Source of the DNA: Phoronis australis
Lineage: Eukaryota; Animalia; Phoronida
Length of the DNA: 64,000 bases
Assembly: GCA_002633005.1 (NCBI GenBank)
Contig: NMRA01000052.1
Location: 62,001-126,000 of the forward strand
Direction: 5' to 3'
The notes beneath the pieces are model-generated. The model searched no databases. It worked only from the letters and a program-made list of their open reading frames with translations, and was not told where the DNA came from. The position numbers were made by a program, and so were the translations under genes. Positions 55,001 to 64,000 of the stretch are shown here, in pieces; position 1 is the first letter of the stretch, and the number at the start of each line of letters is the position of its first letter.

Positions 55001-57852
55001 CATTAGTTTTATTACCTGTTCCTGGCATCATTGCACAAATAGCAAATGGCAAATTGATATGTAACGGTGCCGGGACTGAAAATCTGCGGAGTTAAGTCCA
55101 TTCAGCACAATTATCGGAACAGAAAGCGAGAGAACACAGCTCACTTGGATCAGGGCTAAATTCCGTGGGCGAAAGAATCTCGTCCGTAAGTGTGATCACG
55201 TGCTTTGCTTGTCATACACGGTGATATCTCGCAATGATTTGCGTGACCTTGCGTTTTCTAATGCGCGCACCCGTTTGAGACCCCTGTTTGTCAAAGGGGG
55301 CAAATAGGTCCGCCCCAGAGAAACAAACTTTTCCGAAAAAAATAGAAAACGAGACAAAAGTCCGTTAAAAAGGAGCTGGAACTACCTAAATTCGGCGAAT
55401 GCACAATTCATAGCTGTGAACGTACCCTGTTTTTAGTAAAAGGTCCACATTTTTTAGGCTGGGCGCGCGCATGGTTTTCGCGAGTGCCCACTTCGTGAAC
55501 GGAAGCTTCGGTAGGATTGGAACTCTCATTTGCGCAACACTCAGTATTGTGAACACCCTTCCGCAAATTTGTCATGTGTTACCAAGTGTCACAAAAATCA
55601 GCTCTGTCAAAGGTTTAAATTGAAATCGTCTGAGATCGTGTAACCGATGGTATGCCTCTTTTACAACACAACGTTTCCCTTAAAAAAATTCCCCAGTTGC
55701 AGGGTGAATGTTTTGCTATTCAAGTTGGCTACAGCTCCATGAGTGTTGCGTACGCCCGATGAGTTTAACCCAGTTTACGTAAGTAAAACCCCATGGCAAA
55801 CAGCAGGATTCACGAACCCAAGGTCGTGTTGGTAGAACGGCAAGTTTGTTTGTGAGAATGTCTGCACCCGAGCATAGACTTCACACAAACGTGTCCTTGT
55901 CAAGTCGCTTAGCCGTCCCAGTTTGCAGGTTAACTGCAAACACATGTGGCCCTGCCGTGGGAATTCCGCGATTCGGTAATGAATGGAATTTATACAGCCC
56001 ACGAGTAGGCATCAAGGAAATGAAATTATTTCTGTAAAAAGGAATCACAAGACTTATTTAGATATCCTGGCAAAGAATCAACGCGATTATTGTAGAAACT
56101 GCCGGGGTGCTTTCTGCGGGACTGAATGGAAAGTAGTAAAGATAGGAGTGTATTGTTTTGTACACGGTAAACGTAGCACGAACTGTTTAACTGGACGCAA
56201 ATGCGTTTGTAAAAACATGGAACTCCAATGTGACTGAATGTAAAAGCGGGAATTTAATCGCTTTCATCACGAGGTCTATAACCTTACACGCATGAAAAAC
56301 CAGTATGAGGTCTTTAACCTCAGACTTATTCCTATTGTACAGAACCAGAGCTGCTTTCCGTATATACTCAAGAAATTCACGAATATGGCGTTATAAGCGA
56401 AACCGTGATCACACAGCTACTCGTGAAATTGACCTATTGCCAGGATTTTGAATGACGGCTTAACTGACCAATCAGAACGCAGCATTCTTGACCACACCTT
56501 CGTTTCCAAGCCTCCATTTTACCCGACAAACAACTCGTTGCCGGGTAAACCTTATTGTTTGTTTGTCGACATGGCGCAACGGGCGGAGCTTGCGACAGGT
56601 CAATTCTTGCGTCTACAGAACCTGGGAGAAGTGGTCCTAGGAGAAACGTATTTGATTGCCGCAGTGCAACATCATTATAATTATGTCTGACATACACTGG
56701 AATTATGTCTGACAAAAATTAATAATTTGGCCGGACATAGTTCTGATTTATGTCACCCATAATTCTGATTTATGTCAGACATAATTGCGATTTATGTCGC
56801 TTTGTCTTAAACATAAACGTAGCCCAGAAGCAGGGTTCTAATCTTTGTAATTTTCAGTTCTATTTTTGTGCGAACTCAAGATAAATGTCTATTGTTCTGT
56901 GCTCGATCATGTTGAGGCTTATGCATACATCCTAATCCAAATTTACACTTGAAGACCCTACGATTGATTCGGGATAAAAACTCCAGTAAAAACGCGAGAT
57001 TTTGAGTAGTAAAATGAGAAATGTCGAATTCTGAGTCGAACTTTTAACCTTAATTCTTGGATCATCAAGTACAAAATAAGAAACTTGTACACGTAGGCCC
57101 TTTTTCCCGAGCATAAAATGCACTAATCTTGAGTTTGCACATTTTCATGTAAAATAGAAAATGTCAGTTTCAAGCAAAAAAAGATTAGACCTGGGTACTG
57201 GTTATATACATACATTTAAATATTACCATAACGTCAAGGGAAGTGGGACAAAAATTGGTCTGTTCCATGACATGCCAAAATCTCGAACTTTTAATTTTAC
57301 TACTAAGTGGCGTCGCGTTTAGCTTCCTTTCACTGGAAGATAAAGTGTTGTCCTCACTTTGCATCTCGAGACCAAAAGGGGGAACTCGTATGCTCGGAAA
57401 GTGAATGTTTAGTCTTTTTACAAGCTTCACATCTCCGCATTCACTTTTGAACCCACAGGTACCGGTTGACGCTCTCTGGTACCCATAAGTTGCACCCATA
57501 AGTTGTACCCATAAGTTGCACCACTGATGTGCATTATTTGATAAATATCAAAAAGGTTGCATAACTGATTTGCACGGATATTTATGCGGGGCACTTCATA
57601 TTCTTTTACTTTTGATTATTTCAGAACGTTTTGATGGCAAAGTGTGAAGGATATTGTTCAAAGCCAAGGACAGAACCCATGTATACGTTTAAACCAGTTC
57701 TCCGGAGACCTTTTACTTATAGTTGCGAGTGTTGCCGCGACACGTTATCTATTATGAAGGCTGTGAAACTGGAATGTAAACATGGACGGCACGTCTTTGC
57801 CACTTACAGATACATTGTGCGATGCGCATGCCAAAAGTGCTGGCCCGGATGA
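52030..57852 (+). CDS. NDP: Norrin-like secreted cystine-knot growth factor, 2 coding exons, 128 aa
   Basis: Exon 52030-52188 (signal peptide + RCMRHYFVQTVKHPRRDCETQ|GTAAG) joins in phase 0 to exon 57625-57852 (NVLMAKCEGYCSKPRTEP...PFTYSCECCRD...MKAVKLEC...ATYRYIVRCACQKCWPG*). It matches recalled human Norrin motifs RCMRHHYV, LARCEGHCS, SCHCCRP and TATYRYILSCHCEEC; all 11 cysteines align. Confidence 0.9.
52274..52744. mobile_element. Array of three ~150-bp TIR elements in alternating orientation (Norrin intron)
   Basis: Each unit is bounded by CGTTCAGTAAC.CTAGGAC / GTCCTAG.GTTACTGAACGG-like ends; the interior AAAGTCACGTGTTC…CACGGCAAT…CTCACGTA…GAAGTCTTGCTTTT is forward, reverse, forward. Confidence 0.8.
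54055..54319 (-). mobile_element. Inverted, truncated copy of the composite MITE
   Basis: Reverse complement reproduces the host 5' arm, the same GAATTTCGCCACATG junction, the insert and the start of the host 3' arm. Confidence 0.7.
55260..55473. mobile_element. CATGCGCGCAC-type MITE family copy (reverse orientation)
   Basis: ATGCGCGCACCC…GGCGAATGCACAATTC…AGTAAAAGGTCC…TAGGCTGGGCGCGCGCATG. Confidence 0.7.
56427..56605. mobile_element. ~175-bp MITE, second copy (Norrin intron)
   Basis: Aligns along its length with 20410-20585; same TIRs. Confidence 0.8.
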
Positions 57853-59037
57853 CTGCTGGGTCGGGCTCACAGTCACAAACCTCTCTGTGTTCCTTTGTCT
57901 ATTTATTTACAGAGCCGTGGGATACGGGGTTGTACACTTCCAATAAGTTGCAACGTTATGGGCGAAACCCTGGTGGCTGGGATAAAAAATGGCCAGGGAA
58001 ATTTCGTTGCACCCAGGCAGCTGAAATTTGACGAAGTTAGAATGTGTATATATTTTCCCAAATCTAACCCTCTTACGGTACTGATTTATAGTGGTTCAAT
58101 GGACCCACTGCTATGTATTAAGCGCGGTATGTTGGAATGACTGTTTTGTTACGATATGAACATTTAAGATCAGTGACAGTCACTGATATTTGAGGATATC
58201 TACGAAGTTGCAAACTGTCACAGCGGTGAACATTGTCATAAACAGCATAGCGCTTCACTGTGATACCAAAATTTTCGCAATCGATATCACTCAATGCAAT
58301 TGTGTCTGGTAATAGAAAGAGCATAAACTTGTCGCACTTGTGACAACTGACACGGTTGTAAGAATTTGGACAGTAGCAAGGGTGCGACAGCTCGCAAGTA
58401 GTTTGAGATTTTCAGAGAAACTAATGGAATCAGCGAAAAGTTTAATGTGGTATTGCTGTGCGTGAACTTGGAATCCTGCTTAATCTCAAGATTGAGTATG
58501 AGTGAACTTGGAATACTCGAAGCAACGTGGCAAATTCACTCAAACTGCTCTAAATCAAATTATCTTTGAACAAAATAATGTCAATTTTAGCAACCTTTTC
58601 AATTACTGGCGATCTATTTCACAAGCAATGATGGATTTAGCCACTCAAATATTCCTCCGAGAGAAAATGGGTGATCGTGTGGCCAATAGTTTCAAAAATT
58701 CTTTACACTGATCAAAAAATTTCACCTGATTGCCTTAAAGAATATTCAATTCCAACTTCACGCATACGCTATCTTGAGATTATGCAGGATTTCAAGTTCA
58801 CACACAGCTCCATCACCTCGAATTGATACTAGCGGAACGTGTGCTTATACAACATGCCTGCACAAAAGTTGCAAAACAACTGTTCAAGCTTCAAGTAAAA
58901 CCGGGGCACAATTTGTGGCGAAATATTGGACTTGCGACTATTATGTTTCTGCCTCAGTATTCTTCGCAATTAGGACTTTTGTCACATGCCCAAATGTCAC
59001 TTACTAGGAGACATTTAGTTAGTTTAGTATAATGTTT

Positions 59038-59727
59038 CAAGCCTGCAGCTCAGGCCATTGATCACATGACTGTTCTTCCCGCCTTTGGGAGGCACAGAAC
59101 AGTTCTCACAGGGGTTTGGCTATCGGAACACACGTCAATGGACTCTTCACCCTGTCTTCACTCTGTCAAAAACTGTATGCAAATAAAGAAAAGTTTTGAG
59201 TCATTTCACATTGCAAGCCCTACAGATGAGCACAGAAGCTTTATTCTTTCTTGTATTTTTGACCCTTTCACTCCCACTGAAAACCAAGCTAGACTAAGAA
59301 ATGTAGGGGCAAAAATGCAAAATCTGCACTTTTCATCCCAAAACCACCACTTCCCTACCAATACTCGACTAAAGCCAACATAGATTCCGAAAGCAAATTT
59401 CCTGCCGATTCCATAAAGGTGGTTCAAAAGTACTGTCAACCAACTAGTTTCATTGCAAATCTGGCTTGTTTGAGGGCTACCTGAAATCGCGGCCAATTTC
59501 TCAGTTGCTACACAGCAATGCACAAATGCAACAGGGGGCCACCATCTTGAAGAAGAGTGCAGCTACAGCCGAGAAAGTGGCCTTTTTTATTCTCAGCATG
59601 TTCACAAACACAAACAAACCACATTCACTGAGCCTACATTCAATGCTTCCCAACAAAATGCCCCCAAACTTGGCCTACCCCAATATTTAAATATTTTGGA
59701 GGTGCAAATTGGCCGCGGCCGCAGCCT
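59038..59727. mobile_element. Possible ~690-bp TIR element
   Basis: Imperfect inverted ends AGCCTGCAGCTCAGGCCATTGATCAC vs AGGCTGCGGCCGCGGCCAATTTGCAC (reverse complement). Confidence 0.35.
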
Positions 59728-59929
59728 AACTGTCCAGTGCCGCCTTGTGAAACCGGAAGTAACACCTGAATGATCGTAAATAGGGGGAAGTTGCAGTCCC
59801 TGGTCACGGTTGAGTTGGGGGTTGAACTCCTAAATGTAAATAGCCTCTTTGATCTTACGAGGATGCCAATGTTCCTCTTTGGATAAAACTCGAGCATTGT
59901 CCATATTTACGATATGGCCAGATGACGAC

Positions 59930-60145
59930 CATCAATATAAATAATATTCGAGCTTTATCCAGAGAGGAACATTGGCGCTCTCGTAAGATCAAAGAGGCCG
60001 TTTATATTAAACAGTGCAACCCCCCCCCCCACACACACACACACACTCAACCGTCACCAGGGATTGCAACTTCCTCCGGTTCGCACCGGCGGGAAGAACG
60101 TGCATGTGATCAAGACCCTGAGCTGCAGGCTTGAAACGTTATGCT
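59930..60145 (+). mobile_element. Penelope-like retroelement 3' fragment (GIY-YIG C-terminus + degenerate hammerhead)
   Basis: Peptide IRALSREEHWRSRKIKEAVYIKQCNP is typical of PLE endonuclease ends; it is followed by GCAT-GTGATCA-…-GAAAC-GTT-ATGC. Confidence 0.7.
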
Positions 60146-62543
60146 CAACTAACTAAATTAATGTCTCCTAGTAAGTACCTTTTCTCGTTTTTACTACTTC
60201 AGAATTGTTCGTGAAGTCCGCATTGGCCAGTCCTGTTTTCCTTGATTCCACTTTGTTTCAAACAGAAATCAGGGGTGTGAGTTCTCGGTCGGCGAAGGTG
60301 CGCGATGTTTTCAAGTTTCTTGCCGGAGTAACAACAAAACATTTCCATGACACGTATGTGAACTCCCAACGCATTTTGATAAGAATTTCGTGGCAAACTC
60401 AGTCGAGCACGAGTCGAGAATTGTCGCAGACGGACATGTGAACTGCGCTATCCTAAGTGACCGTTTCAACGTGCAAACGGTATCTCGAGTAAGAATAGCC
60501 GCAGCAAAATTATAGAGGGTTGAAAGAATTTTGGGCACTGTGATCCAGCTATAATCCAATACGGTTCATGCTGTAGATTTTAAACGACACTTTTCGACTT
60601 TTAAAAAGCGAGAGATTGTAGTTATATATTTATTGATCACGTGACATGGCTGTTTAATTTAGTAAACAGTGCGAAATAAATAAACGCAAAATACCAATCA
60701 CGTTCTTGGGTGTACACTTCAGCGACTAACCAAAGCAGTAGCACATGATACAATATATTTTAAGGCAAACATTTTTTGATAAATTTCACGAAAATCTCAG
60801 AGAGGCTTCAAATAAAACGTTTCCCATGGAAGAAGAGAAATCATTCTACAAAGTTTTATAAAAGACGAGTATGTACTTTCTGACGAGAATGCCTAGCCCT
60901 CCGCCGTTATATAATCAAGGATCTTGTGCAATATGTAACTAATTATGAGCTATTTTTCATTCACCTTTGTATAAGTACGCTTCCTACATAGAACAGTTTA
61001 CTGTTTCATCAAACGAACGAAGGAAAAACTCTGTTGTCACCACAGTTTTTAATCACTCTGCCAATACATAAATGCGCACACGTGCTCACCGTTATTTGAC
61101 AAACAGCTGAATGACAAGATGGATAGTAACGGCGGATTACCATGTGTGACCGCACTCCGAATCTGATGTCGACAGCATAATATGAGGAAAGCCAGTGAAG
61201 AAAGCAGATTTTCCAAAAATAATTCCATGTACGTTTCAGAATATATTTGAATACTACGATACCTTTATAACTAACTTTAAACAGCGAAGACTTGCATCAA
61301 TTGCGTATTAATCAGATTGGCTCAAGTCACCAATGTTTTGTTTAAATCAAAGGTCAAAGGACATATTTCCCATATTATGGAAATGGGCTACGTCTATGTC
61401 TTGCCATACCAAATAAGGAGACGTGCTCTGCCTCGTCAGTGGGCGAAAAATCATTCGACGAAGTGACGAGCGGTTGACAGATCGATTTCTTTAAATTCAA
61501 AACTAAAAGAAAAATGCTTTGACGTCCACAGAAATTTAAAGCATTTACGAACAAACCGATCATATGCCATAGGTTGTCGACCCAGCGGTAACAGTGAAGT
61601 CAATCAAGTGCAACCATTGCCGCAATGAGTTCTAAGAATGTGAAGAAGAGATTCGTTAACATTTGGCACAAAGACTTTCAACAAACCGTATTCTAACGAA
61701 GAAGAAAGTTTTCAATTGAGAGTCTTTGGTACACAATCTGTGCCCCATTCTGGTGTATCCGACAATTCAGGATATCGCCGCTACTTGTGGTCAGAGTGCC
61801 TCCCGTATTGGCAGAATTGCGTACTGGGCATACACGTTTCCTTCACGAAGTCAGTTGTAACTTATCGTCTCTCACCACCCGCTCTCGGTTTATCAGAAGC
61901 CTTATACGTAGACCACTTCACTTGGTACCCAATGGCATATGCACAGCCATTTTGGGAACATCCTCCAACTCGTGGACTGTTTTAGCATTGTGACATCATT
62001 CTGACGTATTAGTTACAATCATCTCATCTGTCCAACATCATAACAGGGGGCGCAGTGAACACGTCATTGTAAGGTTGGTGATTCACAGTTAATGCAAAGT
62101 TGGGCCGTAATGAAAGAACTGAAGGGCAAAATATCAGTCAAAGAACACGGGCACCCATCTCTCCTCAAAAACATAAAGAGAACGATTCTTTAATCCCCAT
62201 TCAACTGGCAGTGTAGTTTATAAAAAATAAGTGATTCCATAAGACGCACCAAGTGTGTACACGTTCATAATTCTAAGATAAAGAACCTGGACGTTGTTTA
62301 ATAAATGTGCTTTTATACGCCATAAAAAGTGAACAGTTCAGTCAACGGTTATACATTACAGATCACGATCTTGGGACAGGACACTGCTATGTTTACTGAA
62401 GAATTCTTTGTTGTTGAAAAAGAAATATTTCGTGTTGTTTGGGCACTGCTGAAAAATATTTTATCCTTACTTAAGTTTTTACCGTAAACGGCACAAAATT
62501 TGAAATTGAATTTCAGTTATCCCTATCAAAAAAACAAGAAAAT

Positions 62544-63386
62544 ATGGTGGATGAAACAACGCTGAATGACGGTAAAATCTGCAGGCTACTTGTTGACGGT
62601 GGAACATTTGCACTTCAGTCAGTATTTGATCAATGTCATCCACCTATCATGTTACAAGAAGAACTAAACAAACCTCAAATGTTGAAAGTGCTCAGACAGA
62701 TGAAGAAAAAGTGCGTAATCGATTCCTCACAATGGGAAAAGCTTTTTCCAAGTGGCCATCGGCACCCGTCTTCCGACAACTTCGACGCGTCCCTGCTGTA
62801 CCTACTGCTGAGGAAAGTTTGTCACCTGTGTCCGCCATATCCCAATGGTTGGGGTCAAAACCCACTAGCCTGTGATAAAGGAATGTCTGGCGATGTAGCG
62901 CGTTTGCTGTGGTTTGTAAAAGAGATGTCAAAACGAGTGGACAGAGAAGAATTTTCGAATGAAGAATTCAACGTCTTCTGGACACAGATTTCCGAGATGC
63001 TGGCTCGAATGTCTGGACCTGCAGCAACAATCAAAGCTCGCCGGTACATGCTGGAGCCCCTGGATGAAGAACAGTGCCAGTACTATATCGAGAAACTGCA
63101 GGATTGGATGCACCAAGAAGAGGTACGCGATCTTTATGAACACGAAAAGCATAAACCGAATAAAACGCTAGGTCGAAAAAGCATGAGCAATAAGAAAGGT
63201 AACCATTTTTCGGTATCGATGGCCAAGTACGATAGACTATCTGCGATGTCCATGGATCTGAGAAGGAGAACTGTCCCGAAAAAAGGATCTGTACTCGACC
63301 CAATGGATAAACGCGGCAGTAAGGGTGTGTTTCATTTTAATATTCCATCAACTGGAGTAGGGGAGATACTTTGGCTCAGTGGTTAG
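62544..63386 (+). CDS. DZIP3/hRUL138-like HEPN domain protein, first coding exon; gene probably continues beyond the window
   Basis: ORF contains RLLVDGGT..L..VFD..HPP, QWEKLFP, S..FD.SLL..LLR.VC.L.PP..GW...P...D....DVARL and FW..IS..L typical of the family. Acceptor TTTCAG ends at 62516; candidate donors AAG|GTAACC (63198/63199) or near 63318-63324. The ORF stop falls inside a SINE head, so the true exon ends earlier. Confidence 0.78.
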   Translation: MVDETTLNDGKICRLLVDGGTFALQSVFDQCHPPIMLQEELNKPQMLKVLRQMKKKCVIDSSQWEKLFPSGHRHPSSDNFDASLLYLLLRKVCHLCPPYPNGWGQNPLACDKGMSGDVARLLWFVKEMSKRVDREEFSNEEFNVFWTQISEMLARMSGPAATIKARRYMLEPLDEEQCQYYIEKLQDWMHQEEVRDLYEHEKHKPNKTLGRKSMSNKKGNHFSVSMAKYDRLSAMSMDLRRRTVPKKGSVLDPMDKRGSKGVFHFNIPSTGVGEILWLSG

Positions 63387-63505
63387 AGCACCGGTCTCTC
63401 GCTTGGGAGACCTGGATTCAAATCCTGGCTTCACTGGCCGACATTCGAGTATTCCTCTAAGCTCGGTCTTACTTGTGAATTTGTGCAAGGGAGTGAATGA
63501 GAACC
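63361..63505 (+). mobile_element. tRNA-derived SINE copy
   Basis: A box TGGCTCAGTGG, B box-like GGATTCAAATCC; body GCTCGGTCTTACT…TGCAAGGGAGTGAATGAGAACC is shared with 50257-50427. Confidence 0.75.
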
Positions 63506-64000
63506 TGGATACAATGCGAAAGCGATTTCTGGGGCTGTGCTCATATTTAAAAAAAAATAGTAATACTTCCCTCTTAAGCCGCTTAAGCTACAAATTTTGA
63601 AAGTATTGTTCATATGCAGTGCTGTAGTGGTAAAATCTGAGGTAAGTTGGCGCCCAATGCCCACCGTATCACCATGAGCATTGAATTTTAAAAGTGCACT
63701 GGATTTGCAAAACCTGACTGTCAAACATTTAGGCCTATTTTTTGACGAGTGCATGGGTATTTACTTCGTGTCTGCATTGACGAATCTAGGATGTCGCAGA
63801 AATCGGCCCAAACACACATGTAAGAAGGCAGAGGTCCGCGTGCATTGCAAGCGGTCTCTGAAGGGGGAAAAACACAATTTTAAAGGAACATAAGCGCGTA
63901 ACGCTCAGAAACGATTTGCTGGCGGCGTTTTTAGTCGCCCGTGGGTGTGTTCTCGGGGCCCTTCGGTTCCCCTTTATCCGTCTATGGTATGACACCATAA

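Noticed and set aside
57625-57852. Bursicon or glycoprotein-hormone subunit (GPA2/GPB5) call
   Set aside because: RCMRH, RTEP, PF..SC.CCR and ATYRYI motifs and the 11-Cys spacing fit Norrin better.
61375-62000. GC-balanced stretch with several short ORFs upstream of the HEPN gene
   Set aside because: No recognisable motif in the frames I translated and multiple stops; left unassigned.
63199-63386. Treating the 280-aa ORF as a complete single-exon protein
   Set aside because: Good donor sites precede the end and the stop lies within a SINE A box.

Overview
AT-rich, intron-rich animal (invertebrate, marine-type; possibly a non-vertebrate deuterostome, not proven) genomic DNA from a heterozygous draft assembly. 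By manual splicing I find four complete genes: TMEM165/GDT1 (+, 7 coding exons), BRCC3/BRCC36 (-, 6), ATG16L1 (-, 14) and a Norrin (NDP)-like cystine-knot ligand (+, 2). The first coding exon of a DZIP3-type HEPN-domain gene lacking the catalytic RN...H motif lies at the window end. Two near-identical duplications flanking N gaps are most likely haplotype-overlap artefacts. Introns and intergenic DNA hold many MITEs, a tRNA-derived SINE family and relics of ISL2EU-, Academ- and Penelope-like elements. The most notable observations are the invertebrate Norrin, a 254-bp inverted-repeat cassette enclosing a tRNA-like Pol III unit with CTCF-like motifs in both arms, a pseudo-catalytic HEPN, and tandemly duplicated splice donors in ATG16L1. 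Family assignments come from recalled motifs; no database searches were run.
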